A stretch of DNA of 62,848 nucleotides, the filler included. It is 4 parts of 4 records of this genome, joined end to end, with 100 filler letters (N's around TTAATTAATTAA, not from the genome) between each part and the next. Parts side by side here need not be neighbours in the genome. Positions count along the whole stretch, not along the records: positions 1 to 16,269 come from DRR723986_17456; 3 more parts are not named here. The stretch is one strand, 5' to 3'. The notes beneath the pieces are model-generated. The model was not told the origin of the DNA. It saw only the letters and a list, made by a program, of their open reading frames with translations, and searched no databases. Position 1 is the stretch's first letter, and every line of letters begins with the position of its first letter. Of the stretch, positions 1 to 9,104 are shown one piece after another. The position numbers were made by a program, and so were the translations under genes.

Positions 1-292
1 AAAATTAACAATATCGAGATTCGGTTCTTCGTATCGATTGAGTCTCGGGTCTATAACCACCCCCCGCCCCAATGACAAACTGCAAGAAAACAACTATTCA
101 GCGCAAGTCAAAAAACTTCAATGACCCAGAGAGTTTACACATGCCTTCAGACCTTAATGCTGAGAGACCATCCGCCATGCACGACAATTGTAGACAGCAT
201 CGCACACGGTAATGTTCGGTTTTCGGCTGGCAATAGCTCGATCAATTAATTACCTTGCTCGCTGGCTTGGAGCTGAGGAATCGGAGCCTAAC

Positions 293-335
293 AAAAAACG
301 GCTGTTTAATGCAAGCGGGACCATGAAAGCAGCCG
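293..335 (-). terminator. Possible intrinsic terminator after the ABC-F gene
   Basis: cggctgttt(299-307)/aagcagccg(327-335) stem with an A6 run at 293-298 that gives a U-tail on the minus strand; loop is unusually long. Confidence 0.35.
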
Positions 336-398
336 CAAAACAGGCGGCAGCGGAGTGAGGCCCAAAAAATCTGAGGGCTGTACAATTGCAAGACGTAC

Positions 399-2303
399 TT
401 AACTCGCCTCGGCTATCTCGCTTAACTCCAGCCAGCGCATCATCTTTTCTTCAATCGTATTGTTAACATCCTGCAGCTCTGAACTTTTGGCAGCGATTTC
501 CTTGTAATCCATCTCGCCGGCACTTAAAGCCTGCTCCAGAGACGTTTTACGGTCCTCCAGCTCAGCGATTTCGCCTTCCAGCTTTTCGTATTCAATCTTT
601 TCAGCGTAGGTGAGTTTAACCTTGCGATTTTTGCGTTGCGGTTTAGTAGTTTTGGCGGTCTCAGCATTTGCGGCTGACTTTGCGGCGGCGCGTTCCTTTT
701 CAGCAGCCTCCTTTTTCTCCAGGTAAATAGAGTAGTTGCCCGGGTACTTTTTAATATTACCGTCTTCCTCAAAAGCGTAAATATGCTGAACCGTGCGGTC
801 CAGGAAAGCGCGATCGTGGGAGACAACCAACAGGACGCCCTGGAAATATTCGAGCCACTCTTCGAGGGCCGAAAGTGTGTTAATATCAAAGTCATTCGTC
901 GGCTCATCCAGCATTAACACATTCGGATTGCTCATAAGAATGCGCAGGAGTGAGAGGCGTCGCTTTTCACCACCACTCAGCGTCTGGATCTGCGCGCCAT
1001 GCCGTTTGTGCGGAAACTGAAAACGCTCCAGCAGGTCGCGCGCAGTTAAAAAGCGCTCGCGTCCCACGCCCGTGTCAATATATTCGGCAACATCACGCAG
1101 CGCGCCAATCATGGTTTGAGTGGGTTTAAGGTCTTTGATTTCCTGGCGGAAAAATCCAATCTTAATGCTCTGGCCGTGTTTAACATAACCGCTCTCGGTT
1201 TCCAGCTCACCAGCCAGAACGCGCAGCATCGTTGACTTGCCCGTGCCATTTGGGCCAATAATTCCAATCTTGTCACCCGGCGCGGCGATGTAGTCAAACT
1301 TTTTAAACAAAGGACGGTCTTCGATCGAACGCGAAATGTTAACTGCGTCAATAATACGCGAGCCCATGAAACTTTTGCCAATTTCAATTTTAATATCCTT
1401 AAGCTCGGTGCGCTTGGGCGTCGCCTGCATTTCCTCAATCCACTTAATGCGTCCACGCGCCTTGGTGCGGCGTGCCTTGGCACCGGCTGCCAGCCAGTTA
1501 AGTTCGCGGCGCAGTTTGCTGCGCAAGTGCTCGGCGGCCGAGTCCTGTGCCTGAATTAGGGTTTCCTTCTGCTCCAGATATTTTTCATAACTGCCGGGAT
1601 AGGAATACATGCGCTGCTGATCGACTTCTACAATGCGTGTACAGACGGCATCCAGAAAATAGCGATCGTGGGTGATCATCAGCAGGCCTTTGGCCGAAGC
1701 CTGTAGACGATCCTGCAGATACTGCACGGAGTCGGCATCCAGGTGGTTGGTCGGCTCATCCAGAATTAACAGGTCGGGGTCGGAGAGCAGCACACGTGCC
1801 AGAGCGACGCGCTTGCGTTGACCGCCGGACATGTGTTCGGTAGAAACATGCGGATCGGGAATGCCCAGGCGATGCAGAATTGTGGCGGCATCATTTTCCA
1901 GGTTCCAGCCTGCCGCAGCCTCAATCCGCGCAGTCACCGTTTCCAGTGCCGCTGAGACTTCCTCATTGTCAGGCCCGCCAAGCTTGGTGCACAAATCGGC
2001 ATGACGCTCCAGATCCCTGCGCAGGTCCAGGCGCGCATCCATCACCGCATCCAGCGCAATGGCGTTATTCTCAAACTCCGGCAGCTGATGCAGGAATTCG
2101 TAGCGCGCGTTCTTGTTAAAAACGACTTCACCGGCATCCGGATGTTCCGTGCCCGCGATAATTCGCAGCAGAGTGGTTTTGCCGACGCCATTGCGGCCAA
2201 TAATTCCAACGCGCTCGCCGGCTTCCATTCCGAATGCGATGTTCTCGAACAGAAGTTTGTCGTCAAACGACTTAGCCAGATTAGAGGCGGAAAAAATGGT
2301 CAT
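399..2303 (-). CDS. uup: ABC-F family ATPase, Uup/YfmR-like
   Basis: Two ABC cassettes (GRNGVGKT...SGGQRKR...LDEPTNHLD and GPNGTGKS...SGGEKRR...LDEPTNDFD), inter-ABC linker AKARRTKA, C-terminal coiled coil KLTYAEKIEYEKLEGEI, no TM segments. Confidence 0.88.
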   Translation of the reverse strand: MTIFSASNLAKSFDDKLLFENIAFGMEAGERVGIIGRNGVGKTTLLRIIAGTEHPDAGEVVFNKNARYEFLHQLPEFENNAIALDAVMDARLDLRRDLERHADLCTKLGGPDNEEVSAALETVTARIEAAAGWNLENDAATILHRLGIPDPHVSTEHMSGGQRKRVALARVLLSDPDLLILDEPTNHLDADSVQYLQDRLQASAKGLLMITHDRYFLDAVCTRIVEVDQQRMYSYPGSYEKYLEQKETLIQAQDSAAEHLRSKLRRELNWLAAGAKARRTKARGRIKWIEEMQATPKRTELKDIKIEIGKSFMGSRIIDAVNISRSIEDRPLFKKFDYIAAPGDKIGIIGPNGTGKSTMLRVLAGELETESGYVKHGQSIKIGFFRQEIKDLKPTQTMIGALRDVAEYIDTGVGRERFLTARDLLERFQFPHKRHGAQIQTLSGGEKRRLSLLRILMSNPNVLMLDEPTNDFDINTLSALEEWLEYFQGVLLVVSHDRAFLDRTVQHIYAFEEDGNIKKYPGNYSIYLEKKEAAEKERAAAKSAANAETAKTTKPQRKNRKVKLTYAEKIEYEKLEGEIAELEDRKTSLEQALSAGEMDYKEIAAKSSELQDVNNTIEEKMMRWLELSEIAEAS

Positions 2304-2596
2304 GCATACCTTGCGGCTTGTGTGCTCGTGAAAATCGACCTGCTAGAAACGTGCGAATGCTTAAAATAGTATCACAGTTCATTCGCCGCTGCTGCGCTTG
2401 TGGCAATGGGTGCAGGCAGCGTCGGATTAGGGAGCAGCTTAGCCGGAGGACGGCGGTCTTGTTTAGGGGCTGCGCCGCATCACACACGTACGTCAGGGCC
2501 CATGCGTCAAGTCAGTGTGGTGTACAAAACTTTGCATTTTAGCTCCATGGGCCAAAAAAAGCGCATTTCACATCGCGCTCGTCTGCCGTAAAACCG

Positions 2597-2604
2597 TAAA
2601 TTTG
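2597..2604 (+). promoter_or_regulatory. Bacteroidota-type -7 promoter element (TAnnTTTG)
   Basis: TAAATTTG followed by CA in the divergent intergenic region upstream of the GNAT gene. Confidence 0.4.
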
Positions 2605-2936
2605 CACGAGCCATCTGCCAGGTCTTGAGTTGAACCTGGCGTTTTAATGTTGAAATGATTAAAAGTCGCGCCGGCGTAAGCGCGTACGGACTTAGATATT
2701 ACACGCCGGCCATAGTCAGGACATAGCCAGCTCTGCAATCGCCGCCAGGTATTGTTCCGCAATTACCGGGGCCTTGTATTGCTGCCGCTACATCATTTTA
2801 TTCTCCGGCCGTGGTTTAACACACGCGGCTGGGTGGGGTGTGGTTGGTCCAGGTCTACAACAGGTCGGCAAGTGGGTGCGCGTTTTCCCACGGTATTTAC
2901 TATGATTCAAGAGATGAGAGACGAGGAGAGAGCAGT

Positions 2937-3410
2937 ATGATGGAAGAAGATATGGAGTTCCAATGGGCTGGGTTTGACGACTTCTCTACCGGCCAACTTT
3001 ACGACCTGATCGTTGAACGCCAAAAAGTCTTCGTGGTTGAATATCGCAACGCCAACCTGGACGCCGATGGCCTCGATAAACTTGCTCATCACCTGATTTT
3101 GTGGCGCCGCCTCAAGAAAAACCTGACGCTCCTGAGTTATCTGCGGGTTTTGCCGCCGGGCCTCAAATATCGTGAGCCTTCGATTGGCCGCGTTTTTACG
3201 CCGCGCAACCTGCGTAACCGCGGTTATGCCACTATGTTGATCGAAGAAGCCATCAGGCAGATCGGCAAAAAATATCCGGGCGATAACATCCGCATTTCAG
3301 CACAGCTCGAACTCGAGAAATTTTATCATCAGCTCGACTTCAAAACCGTTGGCGAACCCTATCTGGAAGAGGGCATGCCACACATTGAAATGTTCTATGA
3401 AGTTGCCTAG
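2937..3410 (+). CDS. elaA: GNAT N-acetyltransferase, ElaA family
   Basis: LYDLIVERQKVFVVE...DADGLD, SIGRV, RNRGYA, IRISAQ, FY...F, EPYLEEGMPHIEM; ATG 2937 preceded by GAGGAG. Confidence 0.88.
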   Translation: MMEEDMEFQWAGFDDFSTGQLYDLIVERQKVFVVEYRNANLDADGLDKLAHHLILWRRLKKNLTLLSYLRVLPPGLKYREPSIGRVFTPRNLRNRGYATMLIEEAIRQIGKKYPGDNIRISAQLELEKFYHQLDFKTVGEPYLEEGMPHIEMFYEVA

Positions 3411-3584
3411 TGAACTTCATAGAGATGTCGCCTGGAATTGCCGCCCGATGGTCAATTGCTGCGGCGTCCTGACAGTGCCGCTTAAAAAGACTGTGGAAAA
3501 TTGCTCACTGCATGCTAACTTGCGGCTTCAGAACTGATTGACGCAATCATTTGAGCTTTCTCCCACGCTGGAATTGGCCGCTTT

Positions 3585-3845
3585 ATGATACATCTGATTC
3601 TCGAAAAACTGACCAAGAAGTACGAGTGGAATCGCCAGGGCATCGAACGCACCGAGCAGTGGAAAGGACTGCGCCAGGGTGATATCGTTGAGTACTCGAT
3701 TCAGTTCTCCGACGGCATTCGTTATCGCATTGAAGCTATCGACTACGACGCCAACAGTGCACGCATCCAGCGTCTGGATGACGCCGACCAGGGGCAGGAG
3801 ACTTATGACTGCGCTCCGGTAATGTTGCGTCCCATCAAGTCTTGA
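3585..3845 (+). CDS. Small hypothetical protein, possibly SH3-like beta barrel
   Basis: 86-aa ORF co-oriented with neighbours; LRQGDIVEY...YRIEAIDY...ARIQ pattern. Confidence 0.6.
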   Translation: MIHLILEKLTKKYEWNRQGIERTEQWKGLRQGDIVEYSIQFSDGIRYRIEAIDYDANSARIQRLDDADQGQETYDCAPVMLRPIKS

Positions 3846-3869
3846 ACCGATTAAAACTCGGCTCCGCAC

Positions 3870-4307
3870 ATGTCACTTTCATCTAAACTTGCATCTTTTC
3901 TGCCGGGGCGTGATCCCGCCAAGCAGCGCGAACGCTTCCTGGAACGTTACGTCAGCCGTATTCGCCGTTTTGACCTCGTCGGCAAATCGGTAGTCCTGCG
4001 TGAATATGAAGGCCGGCCACAGCCCGAAAAACTCGACGTCTGGATGGAGATTGTGATCGTGTTTGCTGACGGCCAGAAGCGTGTCAAAGACCTGCTCCAG
4101 TTTGTGATCTCTGAATTTGGCGGCGACGCTCCGGAGGAACTTGAGGAGAACATGATCAAGTTAATTGAGCAGTCAGAGATGCTCAATGTTATTGAACTGC
4201 ATTCCAAAGCTCGCGAACTACCGTACTACTTTAAACTTCCTGTTTCGCAGCAAAATCGTCACAAAGCACGTGCTATGATGCTTGACGATGGCATAATCGC
4301 CGAATAA
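3870..4307 (+). CDS. Hypothetical protein with PqqD/RRE-like winged-helix pattern
   Basis: 145 aa; WMEIVIVFADGQKRVKDLLQFVISEF...LEENMIKLIEQSEMLNVI. Confidence 0.6.
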   Translation: MSLSSKLASFLPGRDPAKQRERFLERYVSRIRRFDLVGKSVVLREYEGRPQPEKLDVWMEIVIVFADGQKRVKDLLQFVISEFGGDAPEELEENMIKLIEQSEMLNVIELHSKARELPYYFKLPVSQQNRHKARAMMLDDGIIAE

Positions 4308-4332
4308 CTTCTCACTGAGTTGCGCACATTTT

Positions 4333-4365
4333 ACTCTCTTGCTTTTAACTCTCTTGCTTTTAACT
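4333..4365. repeat. Short tandem duplication, 15-nt unit x2
   Basis: actctcttgctttta at 4333-4347 and 4348-4362, followed by act. Confidence 0.8.
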
Positions 4366-4852
4366 GAGGACTGCTTGCGCATTCGCGCGCAGGTCAAGGC
4401 CATCTTGTTAGTTCTTGTGTTAAAAACCTCAAGTCTTTGCGTCTGCAGTCTTTTTGCCTCAAACCGTTAAGTCTGCCAATCACAAGTATTCGTCAATCAC
4501 CTGAATCTAATTGTTAACAGACTGCAACAAGTCGAGTTTAATAAAGTGGCGGCCTGATCTGGACGAAAGTTGACGCTCACGTTATATTTTTTGTTAACAT
4601 TGCCGTTCCCACCTCGTAAGTATTGAACGGTGGCGCCATACTGTTGCTGTAGACTGCAGCCGGTACGTATCTGTAACTATTGCGTAGATTCGGTGTTCCG
4701 GGCTGGGAATCGCCGGATAATAGTCAGTGATAGCTGAATCGCGGAGTCCACAGGCTCCGAAGCTGAACGAACATGATGGTAGTGTTTTAACGCGCACTCT
4801 AATCATCAACAGCTACTGGTACAACACCAGTAACAACTACGGAAATACAGTT

Positions 4853-7102
4853 ATGCGGAAACTATCGGTTGCGCTGCTTGTGTATGTATTGTGTGCAATG
4901 CAAGCACATGCTGATTGGAGCGCCACAAATGGACCAAAGGGTGGTAGTGTCAGGAGCCTGATGGTCGATCAGGATGGAAGTTTGTTTTGCATCGTCGATA
5001 ATGCCATTCACGAATATGTCGATGGAGCGTGGCAGCGCGGCGCGGACACCGAGGGCCGAACTATACGTCTCTGGCGCGGAATGTTTTTCCGTGAAGGCGA
5101 TATTGATGAAGAACGCAGGAACGCGATTTCGTATTCGCTTGACAATGGACGATCGTGGCAGCTGACGACATTGCCGGACATGCTTAAAACCTCCGGTGAC
5201 ACTCAGGGCGGAAAGTTCAAAATGCATGCGCTCGGTGATGCATTGTTTATTGCCAGCGATGATCAATTGTTCCGTTCGACAAATGGAATCGATTGGGTCG
5301 GGTTGGAGTCCTGTCCGGAAACATTCGCCTCGATCTCCAATGTCTTTGGAAATTCAGAGCACGTGTATGGCCGTCATTCGGCAGCGCGGGTTAGGGGAGG
5401 CGTTGCTTGTCGCTACGATGTTAACGGTGATTTGCTCGATAGAATCATTATCCCGTCGCGTCACATTTCCACATATCACTATTACTTTGTTGGGAGTGAG
5501 ATTATGGTGCTGGGGGATTTTTTCCCAGCGGAGATTTCGGAGGATGGCGGGCAGTCCTGGGACCCGGTGATAGACGGTTACGAAAGGTTCACTGATAGTA
5601 GGTATCCCCGAATAGTTGATGCAGCTGTACTTGGTTCCAAGCTACTCCTTGGAACAATAAGTGATGGTCTACTTCTATATGAGGATCGGGTCTGGACAAG
5701 GAAGTCCGAATTCAAGGGTTTGAGTGACCTTGATGTTAACAACGGTCAGTTTATTGTTGCGGGATCGGGCGGAGTATTCAGATCAAACAGCGCTGCCGAG
5801 GATTGGGAAGAACTTGACAATGGTATGAACTATACTAACGTCTGGGGTCTACTTTCCGTTAAGGAAACGCTGATTGCACAAAGTATATCTGGCGTTTATC
5901 GCAGCAGTGATGATGGCCGGAGTTGGGAGAGACTGGCGTCGAATTTCCACAATGCCTACGTTGACAATGGGACCATATATGCTAATGTTAACGCCGGACC
6001 ACATTGTTCAGATGATAGAGGGAAATCGTGGCGAGAACTTAGTCAAAACTTTGACGTTGAGCAGACCAAAGATAATAGAGGTCTGTCAGCTGCCGGCAGC
6101 GTTTCATCCTATTGCCATGATGGTACATATTTGTATGCCGGCTTGGCCAGATTGGAAGTGTCGCTTGACGAATTTTCCTTGCCATCCTGGGTTTTTGGCG
6201 GGGTCCACCGTTCAGCTGATAACGGCCGAACGTGGCTTAACATGAGCACAAACCTACCCAAGGATCATGATGGGGTAGATATACCAGTTACACAAATAGT
6301 CACGACAAATCGTGGTCTGTTAATCGCGACTCCATTTCGCTTTTACATCTCCGAAAACCAGGGCGGTACTTGGAATGCTGTCAACCATAGTGGAGAGGTA
6401 CGCACAGTGATGCGCGGGCTGTCCCAAGATCCGGAAGGAGCAATTGTTCTGTTGAACGGCGTTGATCGCGTATTCGCTCTTGTTAAAACCTTAGAATCCG
6501 AAGAGCGCACTTTGAGAACTCGTGTTCTCAGTAGTGCGGATGGTGGGATGACCTGGTCGGTATCCGAAGATCAATTACCGGCGATGCGTGTTGATTTTTC
6601 CTGGAACAAACGGAAGCCACCGCTCGACATTCTCAAAGGGGAAGTCCATCTGAAAGTGAAGAATGATTCTGGGTGGAAGATCTTCAGATGGGATGAAGGG
6701 CTGTGGACGGATGTAAGTCCAGAACTTCCTGATGAAGTAAGTGTTAATCTGTTTGTTGGGCATTCCGATGGCATCTATGCCGGAACCAGAAGGAATGGTG
6801 TTTGGAGTGACGACCCAACGGTTCCAACTTCAATTAAACTGCAGCCGCAAATGGCGGAACAGTTAACAGCCTATCCAAATCCGGCAACAAGTGAAGTTGT
6901 CATTGAATTGCCGACGAGTCTAATTCCCTTGGAAGTGAAACTCTATGACCAGCGTGGAGTTGAGGTTTTGCGTCAGATTCCTAAGGTCACGACTTCGGGA
7001 GCCATTCGTATTGTTTTACCGGACGGGATTTCAGCCGGCATGTACTTGTATCACATAAAGACTTCCGGTCAAATGTTTAGCGGTGCATTTGTGCGCAGAT
7101 GA
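4853..7102 (+). CDS. Secreted BNR/Asp-box beta-propeller protein with T9SS type A C-terminal sorting domain
   Basis: Signal peptide MRKLSVALLVYVLCAMQAHA; many SxDxGxxW repeats; C-terminal AYPNPA...GMYLYHI...FVRR; start moved to ATG 4853. Confidence 0.85.
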   Translation: MRKLSVALLVYVLCAMQAHADWSATNGPKGGSVRSLMVDQDGSLFCIVDNAIHEYVDGAWQRGADTEGRTIRLWRGMFFREGDIDEERRNAISYSLDNGRSWQLTTLPDMLKTSGDTQGGKFKMHALGDALFIASDDQLFRSTNGIDWVGLESCPETFASISNVFGNSEHVYGRHSAARVRGGVACRYDVNGDLLDRIIIPSRHISTYHYYFVGSEIMVLGDFFPAEISEDGGQSWDPVIDGYERFTDSRYPRIVDAAVLGSKLLLGTISDGLLLYEDRVWTRKSEFKGLSDLDVNNGQFIVAGSGGVFRSNSAAEDWEELDNGMNYTNVWGLLSVKETLIAQSISGVYRSSDDGRSWERLASNFHNAYVDNGTIYANVNAGPHCSDDRGKSWRELSQNFDVEQTKDNRGLSAAGSVSSYCHDGTYLYAGLARLEVSLDEFSLPSWVFGGVHRSADNGRTWLNMSTNLPKDHDGVDIPVTQIVTTNRGLLIATPFRFYISENQGGTWNAVNHSGEVRTVMRGLSQDPEGAIVLLNGVDRVFALVKTLESEERTLRTRVLSSADGGMTWSVSEDQLPAMRVDFSWNKRKPPLDILKGEVHLKVKNDSGWKIFRWDEGLWTDVSPELPDEVSVNLFVGHSDGIYAGTRRNGVWSDDPTVPTSIKLQPQMAEQLTAYPNPATSEVVIELPTSLIPLEVKLYDQRGVEVLRQIPKVTTSGAIRIVLPDGISAGMYLYHIKTSGQMFSGAFVRR

Positions 7103-7261
7103 CGTTTGTTTGGTAGTGGTATGACATGTAATAGACGAGACTTAACCAGATTTTCCAGCTGTTGTTGCCGTGCTGTTGAATGCCGGCGATTTATGTGAAT
7201 CTCCGCTTAAGTCTCGTCGATTGCACTTCCGTCTGTTTGCCGCAAACTCTTAAGTCTGGGG

Positions 7262-9088
7262 TCACCAGTATTCGTAGAGCACTTGAATCTGATTATTAAC
7301 CGATTGCAATCGGCCATTTGCGTCGTACTGGAATGTCGTTCGCTGAACTTCATCTTTGCAGCTGTGTACAACTTCAATCAGGCGCTTGGCATCGTCAAAC
7401 ATGTAGTTAAGTGTCGGGTCGAGAGCGCTTGTGCGCTGGTCTGCAAACAGTTTTCCGTCTGAGAACGTCACCTCAATTCCATCAGGCGAAAAAAGTCCAT
7501 CTTCACGATAAATCTTGCAAGTGCCTGTACTTGTTCCGCGGTCCCACTGGAACTCTATGTCAGCGCCGACATGTGAGCAAGCCCAGCCCAGCATAAAATC
7601 TTCGCAGACGTATTTTGTCTCGCTATATCGATTGCTTCGTACTTCTGTTGTTTTGTCGTGTTGAACGTAATGTTTAGTCTTTGCCTGCATGCCGGAGTCG
7701 AGTCTGGCAAATATGATTCTCTCACTGCTGACAAACTGATATCGTTCCGCTTCGATTGCCGCTTCACGGAACGTGATTTTTACTGTGTCAATTTTGCCGG
7801 ACTGTGTAAACCCAATGTTAAACCCCGCGCTCGCATTTTCCGTCTCGCCGCTTACCTGAAATCTCACTTTGCGAATCTTCTGGCCTGAGTAAACCTCTTC
7901 CCATTGTTGAATCACGTCTTGGTTGAAGGACTCAGGAGATTGAGCCGCACTGTCGCACAGCGCAGACCAACTCGACAACATCGAAAATGGAAATGGCACA
8001 ATACTTGCGTGTTTAAGTTTATCAAGCTGTGAACCTTGCCGGTCGGGTATTGATTTGTACGGAGTAATTTTAGCCAGTGACGGTATGGACTTTGCAGATA
8101 GAATACTCGTGATTCGGTCCAGTGGGAATATGGCGAAGCCTTTACCACCTCTGCCAAATATTGACGCTACATCGTGGTCTGCGGCATTGCGGTGACTGTC
8201 AGCTTCCTTGGGTATGATGAATATCAATAGTTCCTGCGTCAGGAAAATTTGTCCGTGACTCAAAAATCTCTGTAGAACTTGTTCTGGAGTTCCCTCCTTA
8301 TCCTGGGGCTCGAGCTGCTGATCCAAAAGACGGGCTATCTGTGGGTATGCAGCAGGTAGGAACAAGTCAAGTGGTTTAAGACGCCGGCCAGAGTTAAGGT
8401 CGAACGCGATGAACGTGGTAGAAGAACCGCGCCAGGGTCTGCTATGCATTGAGCCGCTTGAGGTCCAATAGTGGAGTTCGATTCCCAGAACATTATGGTT
8501 ATAGCTGGATACCGCACATTCAACGTAAGTATGAGCTGTTAAATAGTCGTCTTCCGGGCTATAGTCATCGTAATATTCTTCTTCTTCAGCTTCTTCTTGT
8601 TTCTTTTCGTCTGTCAAGGCTATTGAATCCGTCAATGGCAGCTCAGTTGCCTGGGACACAAGTGCTGGATTTAACTCTGTACTCCAGGCATGTTCCCACA
8701 TGTGAGTAAGTATCTCGGTCTTATGCAGGAATATTTCTTTGAGCGCCGAATTAATCGAGTCAACTTCAGGACGGGAGTTGGGGTTATACAGCTGCGGAAA
8801 TTCAATGGAGTAATTGAGGGTCATGAGATTGTCTGTAAATTCATATGTGTATGCCTCAAGCTGATACTGTAGTACGTCACTTCCAGGGCCGGTGCTTGTT
8901 ATCTCAAGTGTATCATTAATGGAATGATATTTCTGCATAGCAGCCATGTCGATTTCACTGGGCGCAGCTTCGTACTCCTCGGCGATCAGCTGCGCTGGAG
9001 GCACTGCAATAGTTAATTGTAATATTATAAGTGCAAGGACCGGGGGAGATTGTCTTTTTAATGTTGTATAGCGCATATTCATCCTCAT
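7262..9088 (-). CDS. Secreted DUF4163/DUF3298-like protein with C-terminal YD-like extension (array member P1)
   Basis: Signal peptide; FPQL...DSINSAL; acidic linker; FDLNSGRRLKPLDLF; IFLTQELLI; ends TFQYDANGRLQSVNNQIQVLYEYW. Confidence 0.72.
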   Translation of the reverse strand: MRMNMRYTTLKRQSPPVLALIILQLTIAVPPAQLIAEEYEAAPSEIDMAAMQKYHSINDTLEITSTGPGSDVLQYQLEAYTYEFTDNLMTLNYSIEFPQLYNPNSRPEVDSINSALKEIFLHKTEILTHMWEHAWSTELNPALVSQATELPLTDSIALTDEKKQEEAEEEEYYDDYSPEDDYLTAHTYVECAVSSYNHNVLGIELHYWTSSGSMHSRPWRGSSTTFIAFDLNSGRRLKPLDLFLPAAYPQIARLLDQQLEPQDKEGTPEQVLQRFLSHGQIFLTQELLIFIIPKEADSHRNAADHDVASIFGRGGKGFAIFPLDRITSILSAKSIPSLAKITPYKSIPDRQGSQLDKLKHASIVPFPFSMLSSWSALCDSAAQSPESFNQDVIQQWEEVYSGQKIRKVRFQVSGETENASAGFNIGFTQSGKIDTVKITFREAAIEAERYQFVSSERIIFARLDSGMQAKTKHYVQHDKTTEVRSNRYSETKYVCEDFMLGWACSHVGADIEFQWDRGTSTGTCKIYREDGLFSPDGIEVTFSDGKLFADQRTSALDPTLNYMFDDAKRLIEVVHSCKDEVQRTTFQYDANGRLQSVNNQIQVLYEYW

Positions 9089-9104
9089 GATTCTTTACTT
9101 GACA

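Noticed and set aside
2600-2760. Cobalamin riboswitch suggested by agtcaggacatagcc
   Set aside because: The conserved GGGAA...GGTG-AA-TCC and GC-ACTG core elements are not present
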